Below are positions 38,123-51,262 of a DNA stretch of 64,000 nt, in pieces. The notes beneath the pieces were generated by a model. It worked only from the letters and a program-made list of their open reading frames with translations. It did no database searches and had not been told where the DNA came from. This stretch comes from Tubulanus polymorphus. Taxonomy: Eukaryota > Animalia > Nemertea. The DNA lies in the NCBI RefSeq assembly GCF_964204645.1, contig NC_134030.1:21102210-21166209 (forward strand), in the 5' to 3' direction. Position numbers and translations under genes: made by a program. Numbering within the stretch: the first letter of the stretch is position 1; each line of letters begins with the position of its first letter.

Positions 38123-38698
38123 CACTAGTGACACCGGGTGGATCCTCACTTGCCGCATGTGGAATCCTCTATTGCCTCAGGAATCGATGTCCTACTGCAC
38201 ACTAGCGACACCTGGTGGATCCTCACTTGCCACTAGTGGAATCCTCTCCTGTCGCACTAGTTGATGTCCTATAGCACACAAGCGACACCTGGTTGATCCT
38301 CACTTGCCACAAGTGGAATCCTCTATTGCCGCAGTATTTGATGTCCTACAGCACACAAGCGACACCTGGTGGATCCTCACTTGCCACAAGTGGAATCCTC
38401 TATTGCCGCAGTAGTTGATGTCCTACAGCACACAAGTGACACCTGGTGGATCCTCACTTGCCACTAGTGGAATCCTCTCCTGTCGCAGTAGTTGATGTCC
38501 TACTACACACTAGCGACACCTGGTGGATCCTCACTTGCCACAAGTGGAATCCTCTATTGTCTCTGTAATCGATGTCCTACTGCATACTAGCAACACCTGG
38601 TGGTTCCTCACTTGCCACTAGTGGAATCCTCTCCTGTCGCAGTAGTTGATGTCCTACTGCATACTAGTGACACCTGGTGGATCGTCACTTGTCACATG
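38123..38698 (+). repeat. 77-bp tandem repeat family E (~7.5 copies)
   Basis: Unit GTGGATCCTCACTTGCCACAAGTGGAATCCTCTATTGCCGCAGTAGTTGATGTCCTACTGCACACTAGCGACACCTG. Confidence 0.95.
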
Positions 38699-40724
38699 AT
38701 CGTCAAGACGACTGCCTACATCGATCCCGCATTTTCTAATGCGTGCTTGAAGGCCAGCAAAATCTATATTAAACTAATCCCTTTCTTAGATAATCCGCGG
38801 ATTATACTAATGTTTGGATAAAAGTCATCCCCGTAGATTGAATACGGTATTAACGAATCGTTAGGAATCAGTATTGAATCATGAGTTGATTCAATGTCGT
38901 TGGCTACGTAAGGTACGCGCAGTCGTAGCCCGCGGTAACAGTGATTGTGGTCAGCTTTATCGATCTCCGTTTCCCGTTCGGCGGCGAATGTTTCTGGTGA
39001 AGTGCGTGAGTTGTGGTCGCGCGCTGTAAACAAATACCCACTTACGAGTTCTACTACGAGTTAACCCCGAATCCCAGTGCCGTCCGGGGGTCGGCGCTAC
39101 CACGCAGGTGATCGGTTCCATAATTAGGCAAATTTGATTGTTTGACGTGAAGTGAATTCTTTTATCAGTTCGAATCCCATCAAGTTCGGTCTAGAATATC
39201 CTGAAATGGATTTCTAGCTGTCCAATTCGGTCTAGTTGCTGTCCAAATTGTCTTAACATTGGGTTTTGTGTGTGAATCAACCATATGATAACCAATACGT
39301 CTTTTAAAAAAATCTAAAATCAAAATTGAATTATTGCCCTGTTTTGCCCAAATTTTGCCTGAAATTTGCCCCAAAAATGTCCTATAATTCAATTCTAGCT
39401 CCAGCCTTGATTGTCTGCCGTTCAAAGATAGTCCTGACTACCCAGGAAAATAAGCGTAAATCTTGGCTCGAAAATATCTTTCGCAGAATTAAAACCCGAG
39501 TTGTTTGTTCTTGTATTTTTCAGGTGAGAACTATTCGGTCGAGAGAAAAGGGTAACTGAATTAGACGTTTCTATGTATAGTTGAACTGTAGTATTTAGTC
39601 GATCGAGGTAAGATTCTGAATTCGAATTAAATCGTTGATTCATGAATGACGTAATGAATACTATTAGGGGTATCTGTGTCCCTTTTGTTTTAGTCTTGTG
39701 CCCAGTTTTATAGACTGGCATTATCTTTAAGCTGGGGGCTGACTCCGATTGATTTTCAGTTGCGTTGGTCCCTGGGTTAAAGTCAATACCAGTCTACGAA
39801 ACCAGCCCCTGGTGTTTAGCCTAGGCTGTACCCCTGGGTCGGGTTTCACAGTTTTGAGTGGGTCCTGGGCCTTAGTCAGGTTTCTTGTGAACGCAATTTT
39901 TGTCCGATCTTCTTCAAATTCGGATATATATTGACTTGTGTGTGGCCCAAAAATCTTGGATGAGAAATTTGTAAATAAGCGGAAAAATTGCAGAAAACCT
40001 GTTACATGCACCACCATTTTGCAGCTATAAACTATTAGATCTACAGTTAGTCATTAACAGTATTAGATTTATCTTCGAAGTCGAATTTATCGACTATATA
40101 TCATGACCTCGAACCGCCGATATCGCTGCCTGGCAGCCGTATTTAAAAAGTCTATAATTACATCGATGACAAAAGCAGTTTCGTCGTCGAGTCAAGTGTC
40201 AACGCGAAGAACAATGTCAATTTGCGTCGTGTTTGTCGAACTCGTCGCTGATTGGCTTCGTCGATATTTTCGCGAAGTCGAAAGCTCTTCAAAAGACAAC
40301 TCTTCAAAGCGTTTCATCTTCTTGTCGGCGTAGCGCGACTTTAAAACGAGCAGTCTTTGTAGGATTCTCTCCATATCTTATTTTAAACATATCATAGTGC
40401 AATTTGAAAAGGCACGTAGTAGGATCGTACCAATAGCTATTCTTATTATCTGTCCATTTCCTCAGTAAGTTCTCAATGCGCCGCTATTAAATGTATATCC
40501 CCCCCCCCCCCCCGTGGGGTTCTATTGTCGTGTTCATTCACCACGCTTTACAATGTGGAAGTACTTTCTTGTCGTATTATTTAATAAAGAAATAAACTTG
40601 TAATAATAATGATAATAAAAATAATAATGATGATAATGATGTAAATTGAGAAGTGGGTGGCTTTTGAATGAGCTTCGTTTTTGATGATATTTTTTTTCTT
40701 CGACGTTAATAGTGTTAGTCGTTC

Positions 40725-41006
40725 AATTTCAATTAAAAATGTCTCAGATGACGCACTGAACACATGTGAAGTGTGGACGAATAGTTTGTGAAAATGTGCT
40801 GATAAAATGTCTAATATCTGGTGTTTGTAGTTCATTTTCTATAAAAAAAATGTCTCAGATGAAGTACTGAACACGTGTGAAGTGTGGACGATCAGTTTTT
40901 GCAAGTTAGCTGATAAAATATCTAATATCTGGTGTTTGTAGTTCATTTTCAATTAAAAATGTCTCAGGTGAAGCACTGAACACATGTGAAGTGTGGACGA
41001 TCAGTT
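40725..41006 (-). repeat. 109-bp family D array (~2.6 copies)
   Basis: Reverse-complement units. Confidence 0.92.
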
Positions 41007-41195
41007 TCAGTTGAATGTTTTGAATATAAAGGCAGCAGACTTTGCCCTGGCCTTAATTAGCTCGTATGTAACGGAGTTTTTATGCTCTCACAAGTATAAT
41101 GTTATTGTATGGTTTTTTCCACCGCGCGCATTCGGTGTTTTCATAATATTATCCGCGGATATTTATGTAAGCTGCGTATGGCAATTAAACGGAAT

Positions 41196-41198
<3 letters not shown>

Positions 41199-41286
<88 letters not shown>
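41199..41286. repeat. (AT)n microsatellite
   Basis: Perfect run. Confidence 0.98.
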
Positions 41287-41289
<3 letters not shown>

Positions 41290-41442
41290 TGTACCCCCAG
41301 CCGGTGCTGGTGTATATTTACATCGAGATAGATATTACCTCCCAGAAAAATTCATAGAAATATTACACCTAGGCGAATGTGTGAGTTCCGTATGTGGGGG
41401 GCGAGGGCTGATCCGCTGAAGAAGACAGATTTATCTAGTTAA

Positions 41443-41945
41443 CCCTTTCACTGCTGGCAGTTTTATGATGCCCTGAAGTGCTGTAGATAATTTGAAAATT
41501 ATTGAAAATTTCACCCCAGTGCGTTGTATGACAGGCATATCACTATGTTGTCTCTACATCGACCAGTGCGGTGTATTGTTAGCTACTATGATAGCTTTTA
41601 TTATGCACTGCATCTGGAACCCAAAATGATGGTCAAAGTGGAGCTCCCAGATCTTCTCAGACGCTGAAAAGTTAAACCCTGACAAATTCTTACCCTAAAG
41701 TGCTGGAGAAAATTTAAAATTCTTTGCTAATGTATCCTTTAACAGACAGGCGTACCACTATAGTGCATCTACACTGTGGTGCGGTGTATCGTAAGTTACC
41801 AATATTTCACAATGTTTAACAGGTGTTGCCATCTTTCAATCGAGATTTTAACTGGTTGATCGTTACCATTACACCGCGATGCGAGAGAGGATCAACCAGG
41901 CACTGATTTGTACGCCGCACTGCGGTGTAGACACACTGTAAAGGG
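41443..41945 (-). mobile_element. Degenerate piggyBac-like MITE (same family as 5904-6182) with a partial internal duplication
   Basis: TTAA|CCCTTTCACTGC ... GCACTGCGGTGTAGACACACTGTAAAGGG|CTAA. The interior is the reverse complement of the 5904 element. Confidence 0.75.
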
Positions 41946-42469
41946 CTAAAACCCTGCCTTGCTGAAGTTATTTTCAATTAGTCAGATTTGTTTGCCAGTG
42001 CACCGAACTGAGTAAGATCCTTGAACCCATTTCTAAATCAGATCATATGAACAATTGTTTTTTTTATCATCAGGAATTGTTTGTTCCGGTATTTTTCTTC
42101 TCGCGCGCACGAATGTTCGCGGCTTGTCCGACATCGAGCCTAAACACATACGAAGAGAAGTGATAACATCAAAACACGGATATCGGATTATGTGCGGGAA
42201 TGTTTTTTCGGAAGATGTCGAATAAATAAATTGCGGGTATGAAATTACGTGTATGGACGCATCTGACATCGTCAGGCGTTACGATTGTTGGAATATCCGA
42301 TGTTTGTTGAAATATCCGATTATCACCTGTACGGTTGTTCAATTGGTTTTAGCTGGGGCTATGATCGTTGGACTCTTAAGAGTTTCTTGGGCTTGGATTA
42401 TTGAAATATCGTATTAGGGCTATGATTTGCCAGGACAATGATGGTCAAAATTTCTATTGGCTCGGCTTT

Positions 42470-42890
42470 GATTGTTGCAATATCTGTTGCCAGAACTACA
42501 ATTGTTGAAGTATCTGTTGCCATGAATACAATTGATGAAATATCTGTTGCCAGGAATACAATTGTTGAAATATCTGTTGCCAGGACTACAATTGTTGAAA
42601 TATCTGTTGCCAGGGCTACAATTGTTGAAGTATCTGTTGCCATGAATACAATTGATGAAATATCTGTTGCCAGGAATACAATTGTTTAAATATCTGTTGC
42701 CAGGACTACAATTGATGAAATATCTGTTGCCATGAATACAATTGTTGAAATATCTGTTGCCAGGACTACAATTGTTGAAATATCGGTTGCCTGGACTACA
42801 ATTGTTGAAATATCTGTTGCCATGACTATAATTGTTGAAATATATGTTGCCAGGACTATAATTGTTGACATATCTCTTGCCTGGGGTTTA
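42470..42890 (+). repeat. 30-bp tandem repeat (~14 copies)
   Basis: CAATTGTTGAAATATCTGTTGCCAGGACTA unit. Confidence 0.95.
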
Positions 42891-43321
42891 ATTGTTGCAA
42901 TGTTGTAATGTTATTTGCAATGTTTTAGTTGTCAGGAGTATGATAGTGCTGAAGTTGAAATAGCTGATTGCCAGCGGCGGGTATATTTACCATTTCAAAA
43001 ATTTCCTCATCTTCTCGAACTGCGTTTCATTCAATGATTGCGACTTCACAGTTTGATTTCGTCTCGGCGAGAAGATTGCTCTGAAATTGGGTGTTTTGAC
43101 GTTTGCGTAAACAGACTGTCGGCGGCGGGAATGTTTTGATTACTGGTTTACGTTCGTGTTCCGTTTGTCTGATGGCAGTGATTTCAATGACGTTTGTCGA
43201 CTGACGGAATCGCAATAATTGATACTGCCGCGAAAATAGATCATCTTGACGACCGCAGCGACTGCCGCCAACATAGTATCGACTATTCCAGACGTATAAT
43301 TATTTCTTACTGAATTGCAGG

Positions 43322-43878
43322 CCTGGTGGATCCTCACTTGCCACAAGTGGAATCCTCTACTGTTGCAGTAGTTGATGTCCTAGTGGACACAAGCAATACC
43401 GAGTGGATCCTCACTTGCCACTAGTGGAATCCTCTATTGCTGCAGTAGTTGATGTCCTACTGCACACCAGCGACACCTGGTGGCTCCTAACTTGTCACAA
43501 GTTGAATCCTTTATTGCCGCAGTAGTTTATGTCCTACTGCACACTAGTGACACCTGGTAGATCCTTTGCCACAAGTGGAATCCTCTATTGCTGCAGTAGT
43601 TGATGTCCTACTGCACACTAGCGACACATGGTGGATCCTCACTTGCCACAAGTGGAATCCTCTATTGCCGCAGTAGTTTATGTCCTACTGCACACCAGCG
43701 ACACCTAGTGGATCCTCACTTGTCATAAGTGGAATCCTCTATTGTCGCAGTAGTTGATGCCCTACTGCACACTAGCGACACCTGGTAGATCCTCACTCGC
43801 CACAAGTGGAACCCTCTATTGCTGCAGTAGTTGATGTCCTACTGCACACTAGCGACACCTGGTGGATCGTCATTTGCC
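43322..43878 (+). repeat. 77-bp family E array (~7 copies)
   Basis: Same unit as 38123-38698. Confidence 0.95.
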
Positions 43879-44512
43879 CCTAACCTTGCTTCAATCCTAT
43901 TCCTATGATATATGACATTACTAATATTGAGTAAGCTATATGTGTTTACGCTCTCAGTAAATCAGTGCTGCGTTAAGTACCTCTTAATGCACAACATCTT
44001 GAATCCGCCGTGAACTTATCACAAATTGAACTCTCTTGACTTTCTGGAATATCCGGTTAGTTTCCGTCTAAAGCGTATATGTGCAGGGCTTTCACTCTCG
44101 ACGTCGTCAATTCAACTCTTCTTCACGATTTCAGTCATCGGTTCTCTGTTGGGCTCAATACTGTTCGATTGTCATTGAAGGATTGTGAGAGTGATTGTAT
44201 TTTACTAGACAATCCCTGATACCGATCCTAATTTTTTTCATCCATATCTACATTCTTACACCAACTCCAAACGGCCACCTGGAGTTGATTCAATGGAAAA
44301 TGAATGAATTGTTGAATTATTATAAACCTAGAAATTTCTTCCCTTCACTCGGGGAATTTTGTGAAATCACATGAAAAAATCAGGGAGAACTCTTGGGATT
44401 TGTAAATGGGTGCCAAGTGGCCACCCTGTACACCCCACTTTCTCCATCCCTGCATGAAGGGAAGCTATTTCCCCATTCTCTGTTTGGTGCATAGGTAAAT
44501 TGCACTTCCCGG

Positions 44513-45321
44513 CTCCTAGAGTAGGTACATCACGCGTGGGGAGGCTATCCCCCACTCCTTGCTCCCCCACTCCTTGCTCCCCCACTCCTTGCTCCCCCAC
44601 TCCTTGCTCCTAGATAAGGTACATCGCACGTGAGGACGCTATCCCCCACTCCTTGCTCCCCCACTCCTTGCTCCTAAAGTAGGTACATCACACGTGGGGA
44701 TGCTATCCCCCACTCCTTGCTCCCCCACTCCTTGCTCCTAGATTAGGTACATCGCACGTGAGGACGCTATCCCCCACTCCTAGCTCCCCCACTCCTTGCT
44801 CCCCACTCCTTGCTCCTAGAGTAGGTACATCACTCGTGGGGACGCTATCCCCCACTCCTTGCTCCCCCACTCCTTGCTCCTAGATTAGGTACATCACGCG
44901 TGGGGAGGCTATCCCCCACTCCTTGCTCCCCCACTCCTTGCTCCCCCACTCCTTGCTCCCCCACTCCTTGCTCCCCCACTCCTTGCTCCCCCACTCCTTG
45001 CTCCCCCACTCCTTGCTCCCCCACTCCTTGCTCCTAGTGTAGGTACATCACTCGTGAGGACGCTATCCCCCACTCCTTGCTCCTAGTGTAGGTACATCAC
45101 TCGTGAGGACGCTATCCCCCACTCCTTGCTCCTAGTGTAGGTACATCACTCGTGAGGACGCTATCCCCCACTCCTTGCTCCCCCCACTCCTTGCTCCCCC
45201 ACTCCTTGCTCCCCCACTCCTTGCTCCTAGAGTAGGTACATCACTCGTGAGGACGCTATCCCCACTCCTTGCTCCCCCACTCCTTGCTCCCCCACTCCTT
45301 GCTCCTAGAGTAGGTACATCA
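44513..45321 (+). repeat. Compound minisatellite: a ~34-bp module separated by a variable number of 15-bp CCCCCACTCCTTGCT units
   Basis: CCTAGAGTAGGTACATCACGCGTGGGGAGGCTAT-like module followed by 1-8 copies of the 15-mer. Confidence 0.95.
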
Positions 45322-45670
45322 CTGATGAAGAGAGATGTCTAATTTTCTAAAAGCATCATCAATAACGACATCATCGTTGTACTAATCGGCATTGATATAC
45401 GAGCAATATATGAGTAAACATTTCCCTCGTCGATTCATACCGTAAACAAAAGACAGATTAAGATTTGTCTGACGTGAAAATCACGACGATATTTTCATTT
45501 CCTTGTTCGCCCGTTCGTCACTATGGTTACGACGTCTGACGGACGGACAGACGTGATTTAATAGTTATTACGACTTTTGTTCAGGTGGCGGCGATGAAAA
45601 AAACTAATAATCAAAGTAACATCCTACGCTTTATTTCTTCATTATCAACATCAGCATCCTTTATGTCTTC

Positions 45671-46352
45671 GATCCAGTTCCACAGTTGTGTCGGTATAAA
45701 TTGAATCTGGATCCAGTTCCACAGTTGTATCGGTATAAATCGAATCTGGATCCAGTTCCACAGTTGTGTGGGTATAATTCAATTCTGAACACAGTTGTGT
45801 GGGTTTAATTTGATTCTGAACCCAGTTCCACAGTTGTGTGGGTTTAATTTGACTCTAAACCCAGTTCCACAGTTGTGTAGGTTTGATTCAACTCTGGATC
45901 CAGTTCCACAGTTGTGTGGGTTTGATTTGACTCTGGATCCAGTTCCATGGTTGTGTGGGTTTAATTTGACTCTTGATCCAGTTCCACAGTTGTGTGGGTA
46001 TAAATTGAATCTGGATCCAGTTCCACAGTTGTGTGGGTTTGATTTAACTCTGGATCCAGTTCCACAGTTGTGTGGGTTTGATTTAACTCTGGATCCAGTT
46101 CCACAGTTGTGTGGGTTTTATTTCACTCTGAACCCAGTTCCGCAGTTGTGTTAGTCAAATTTGACTCAGGACCCAGTTCCACAGTTGTGTGGGTCTAATT
46201 TGACTCAGGACCCAGTTCCACAGTTGTGTTAGTCTAATTTGACTCAGGACCCAGTTCCACAGTTGTGTGGGTCTAATTTGACTCAGGACCCAGTTCCACA
46301 GTTGTGTGGGTCTAATTTGACTCAGGACCCAGTTCCACAGTTGTTTGGGTTT
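45671..46352 (+). repeat. 39-bp family C array (~17 copies)
   Basis: GATCCAGTTCCACAGTTGTGTGGGTTTAATTTGACTCTG units. Confidence 0.95.
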
Positions 46353-46751
46353 GATTAGTGAACACGGTTCAATTATGTAATGTATCAATATCAGGTAGTA
46401 CTGGTATAGCAGTGTCTCCTCGGTGCCGCATACAGTAAGTGTATCACAGACTGGATTGAATATCAATGACAGATCTCTAGAGGCAAACGGAGCTGCAGGA
46501 TTTACGACGTAAAGAGACTCTATTACTCTTTGATTGCGATACCCACGTAAAGCGACTACTGTTTATCACTAAGCTTACCCAACCCAGCTTCTAGATTTAC
46601 ATCAAACAGAAACCAACTTTTATCCGAAATGATCATCCGTCTTTCAAAAGACCCATTTTTGTCGGCCATCGATTTTCTTTGCTTTGGTTCTGCAGCTATG
46701 AATAATGTAGGTATGAATTCACAGCTGGGATGAGATCATCCATTCCTTACC

Positions 46752-47830
46752 TTAGACATTTCCAATTGAAAATGAACTACAAACACCAAATATTAGACAT
46801 TCTATCAGCACCCATTCAAAAACTGATCGTCCACACTTCACATGTGTTCAGTGCTTCATCTGAGACATTTTTAATTGAAAATGAACTACAAACACCAGAT
46901 ATTAGACATTTTATCAGAACACTTTCAGAAACTGATCGTCCACACTTTATAATGTGTTCAGTGCTTCACCTGAGACATTTCTAATTGAAAATGAACTACA
47001 AACACCAGATATTAGATATTTTATCAGCACACTCTCAAAAACTGATCGTCCACACTTCACATGTGTTCAGTGCATCACCTGAGACATTTCTAATCGAAAA
47101 TGAACTACAACCACCAGATATTAGATATTTTATCAGCACACTTTCAAAAACAGATCGTCCTCACTTCACATGTGTTCAGTGCTTCACCTGAGACATATTT
47201 AATTGAAAATGAACTACAAACACCAGACATTAGACATTTTATCAGCATATTTTCAAAAACTGATCGTCCACACTTCACATGTGTCCAGTGCATCACCTGA
47301 GACATTTCTAATCGAAAATGAACTACAAACACCAGATATTAGACATTTTAACAGTACACTTTCAAAAACTGATCGTCCCCACTTCACATGTGTTCAGTGC
47401 TTCACCTGAGACATTTCTAATTGAAAATGAACTACAAACACCAGATATTAGACATTTTATCAGCACCCTTTCAAAAACTGATCGTCCACACTTCACATGT
47501 GTTCAGCGCTTCACCTGAGACATTTCTAATCGAAAATGAACTACAAACACCAGATATTAGACATTTTATCAGCACCCTTTCAAAAACTGATCGTCCACAC
47601 TTCACATGTGTTCAGTGCTTCATCTGAGACATTTCTAATTGAAAATGAACTACAAACACCAGATATTAGACATTTTATCAGCGCACTTTCAAAAACTGAT
47701 CGTCCACACTTCACATGTGTTCAGTGCTTCACCTGAGACATTTTTAATTGAAAATGAACTACAAACACCAGATATTAGACATTTTATCAGCATATTTTCA
47801 AAAACTGATCGTCTAAGCTTCACGTGTGTT
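46752..47830 (+). repeat. 109-bp family D array (~10 copies)
   Basis: Same unit as the other family D arrays. Confidence 0.96.
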
Positions 47831-48309
47831 CAAGACATAAGACATTCAGACATTACAAATTTTGCTTATGTAATATTCACTGTAAATTCTATAAAATCTC
47901 GTATGGAATCAGTTTTTATCGTCTATAAACCGACCGCATCATCAGCGCGCGGCATTTGCGCAAAAAACCGACAGCTATTTCGCAATAACGCTGGCGGTTT
48001 AATGGTCAATATACCGAATGCAAAAAGAAAGAACATTTTATTAGATTCTAAGTTTCTTTTTTTTCGCCGGCAGCGATGAACATTATCTGCAGCAGCGCGA
48101 GCTACATATCATTTGCAACGATTTGTTTTTTTTCTTTGAGGTTTCGTTGTCGTGACGTTTGATTTTTTATTCGCGTCCTAAAGCGTTGCTCGACGATCTG
48201 AAAGCATTTTCCCGCTTTTTTAACGGCGATTTATGATTTCGATGTGTTTTTCCGAATGCACAATCGTAGGCGTGGACAATCGCTTTTTCGAGAATGGAAG
48301 TTACCGCGA

Positions 48310-48722
48310 TCGACGATTTTACATTTAGACAATCAGTGATTTAGACCAGACAATCATCTATAAAACTAGAAAATCTTAGATCGAGACAATCAAGAGACAA
48401 TCAATAATTTTGGATAATGATATTTGAAGACAATCATCGATCTAGATAATTGTTGAACTTGGACTTGGACAATCATAGATTGGAACTGAGTGGGTTTTGA
48501 CATTCATATTTTAAGACAATCATATTCATATAGTCATTGAATTCAGACAGTCGTTGGATTCAGACAATCATTGATATGTGAACATACATTAATGAAGTTA
48601 TTGATTTTGAAAATCATCGATAAAAATCACTTGAAACAATCATGAATTTAGACAAGCATGAACTGAGACAATCATTGGTTTCGACAATGTAGACAATCAT
48701 TGGTTTAGACAATCATTGGTTG
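48310..48722 (+). repeat. Highly degenerate AGACAATCA-core repeat
   Basis: More than 12 recurrences of GACAATC at irregular spacing. Confidence 0.75.
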
Positions 48723-49242
48723 TTGCTATTAACAATTGCTGTCGTGTATTATTCCGATCAGTAGTTTTTATCAATAATGCATTTCGGAGGCTGTTTAGCG
48801 GCTGCGTCATTTATCCTGTATTTAGTGTACGGACTCGTTGATGGATGACCCCCGACAGGCCTGATACGTATTTTTAGGTGATATTAATCGGCCCCTGTCG
48901 TATTCGGCGCGTCGCGAGCGCAATTTTTTATTCGACGGCTATGATTGATTCTGCATCGCGTGTGGAGTGTCTGTATCTGATAGACGTGAGAGTGTCTATT
49001 GGCGAGTGTCATTGTAGAGCGCGTGTGTTCGTCCGCCCGTCTGACCGGCCGTCCGTCTGCCAGTGGCGTGATGGATCGCTTGTCGACGGTTGAAAATTTC
49101 AATAATGAATCGGTAAATAAACAAACAACGACAACGCAATCGAATCAACGGTTTATTTAAACGACGAGGGCCAAACTTGGGAATTGTTCGTGTCTTTGTT
49201 GGAGATATGAATTCAGATTTTCGTTTCATATCTGTAATGCGA

Positions 49243-49570
49243 CTGCGGCAATAGAGGGTTGCACCTGAAATAAGGATCCACCAGGTGTCGCTAGTATATA
49301 GTAGGGCATCAACTACTGCTGCAATAGAGAATTCTACTAGTGGCATGTGAGCATCCACCAGGTGTCGCTAGTGTGCAGTAGGGCATCAACTACTGCGGCA
49401 ATAGAGGATTCCATTTGTGACAAGTGCGGATCACCAGGTGTCGCTAGTGTGCAGTAGGACATCAACTACTGCAGCAATAGAGGATTCCTTGTGGCAAATA
49501 AGGATCCACCAGGTGTCGCTAGTGTGCAGTAAGACATCATCTACTGTGGCAATAGAGGATTCAACTGGCA
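49243..49570 (-). repeat. 77-bp family E array (~4 copies)
   Basis: CCACCAGGTGTCGCTAGTGTGCAGTAGGACATCAACTACTGC units. Confidence 0.93.
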
Positions 49571-50136
49571 AACACTGAAAAATGAAGGGTTGAAAAGTAG
49601 AAATGTGTGATTGTTTTTTTTGAGGCTCATTTTGATGATATTATTTGGACTAAGAAAATGGATAAAGAAACTTGCAACTATTGATACAGAAATAGAAATT
49701 GAAAATGAATGGCTATTGAAGCGTTACTGTAAGTTTGTGTTGCCTGTTGTTAGATGACGTTGATGATGATGGTGATGATGACAGTGTTGTATCAGGTTTA
49801 TATCTATTTGTCTTCATTGAAACGTGTGTTAAACCTTATCGGTTCAGTCATTAATTATATATTAAACACTGTCGGATACCAGCTGAGCGTAGCGCGCCCT
49901 TCTCTCTCATCTCATCGATGCTCTCACTTCTCTCTCCTCTCTCCCCTCACACCTCTTCTCATCTCTCAAACCAAATCTCTCTCAAACATCTTTCCTCTTC
50001 TTATACCTCTTACCTCTCCTTTTCCTCTCACACCTTTCGCCTCCCCCCATCTTATGATGCCTCCTTCCTTTTCACCTTTCTCATCTCCTTTCTCTGCTTC
50101 CCTCTCTCCCCCCTAGCTTCAAGTTATCTGATTCAT

Positions 50137-50602
50137 AGGAGAGGGTGATGGAGAGGGAGGAGACAGAGAGGGGGAGGGAGTAGGATAGAGGAAGGGAGGA
50201 GAGGGAGGGAGTAGGGTAGAGGAAGGGAGGAGAGGGGGAGGGAATAGGATAGAGGAAGGGAGGAGACGGAGAGGGGAGGGAGTAGGATAGAGGAAGGGAG
50301 GAGAGGGGGAGGGAGTAGGATAGAGGAAGGGAGGCGATGAAGAGGGGAGGGAGTAGGATAGAGGAAGGGAGGAGATGTAGAGGGGGAGGGAGTAGGATAG
50401 AGGAAGGGAGGCGATGAAGAGGGGGAGGGAGTAGGATAGAGGAAGGGAGGAGATGTAGAGGGGAGGGAGTAGGATAGAGGAAGGGAGGCGATGGAGAGGG
50501 GACGGAGATGGGGAAGGGAGGAAGAGGGATAGATGATGAGAGGTAGGTGACAGAGAGGGGAGGGAGAGGGGGAAGGAGGTAGGAGCCAGAGAGGGAGAGA
50601 GA
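50137..50602 (+). repeat. Purine-rich minisatellite (GAGGGAGTAGGATAGAGGAAGGGAGG core)
   Basis: About 9 copies with a 30-40 bp period. Confidence 0.9.
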
Positions 50603-50866
50603 GCATATTGTCTGATAGGTAATAGCTCCACGCCGATTCACTACTCACACTGATTCGTGTATAATACATAATACAACGAATCAAAGTTTACGATTCATCG
50701 GTGATTAACTTGAATCATTAATCTGTAATCTCTCGTCGAGGGAGCAGCGTTATCAGCTCGTAAAACAGACTCCGGAGTCGCGTCGCGGAGTCGACAGATG
50801 ATCGTTGGGAGTCGTCGGTTAATTCCCTGTCGACATTTACATTATTCATAATTATCAGTCTCCGCG

Positions 50867-51262
50867 TTAACCCTTTCATATCCGTCTGCCGAGTTCATAG
50901 TTCTACCACTAGGTGGCATGAGTTGTTATCTCTGCATTCCATCTGCTGAGTTCATAATTCTACCACTAGATGGCATGATTTGTTTTCTCAGCATTACCTC
51001 CTTTCATATCCGACCTGTGAGTTCACAATTCTACCACTAGATGGCGTGATTTGTTTTCTCAGCGTTACCTCCTTTCATATCTGACCTCTGAGTTCACAAT
51101 TCTACCACTAGATGGCGTGATTTGTTTTTTCAGCGTTACCTCCTTTCATATCCGACCTCTGTGTTCACAATTCTACCACTAGATGGCGCGATCTGTTTTC
51201 TCAGCGTTACCCCCTTTCATATCCGTCTGCCGGGTTCATGATTCTACCACCAGGTGGCATGA
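50867..51262 (+). repeat. 71-bp tandem repeat carrying six CTCF-like motifs
   Basis: CCAC(T/C)AG(A/G)TGGC(A/G) at 50906, 50963, 51034, 51105, 51176 and 51247. Confidence 0.92.

Noticed and set aside
42398-42871. 10-aa repeat ORFs on both strands
   Set aside because: They come from a 30-bp minisatellite interrupted by stops, with no exon context.
44498-44518. miR-92-like sequence AATTGCACTTCCCGGC
   Set aside because: It lacks 2 nt of the mature sequence and has no complementary precursor arm.
44513-45321. CRISPR-like repeat/spacer appearance
   Set aside because: The 'spacers' are copies of one 15-mer rather than unique sequences, the context is eukaryotic, and there are no cas genes.
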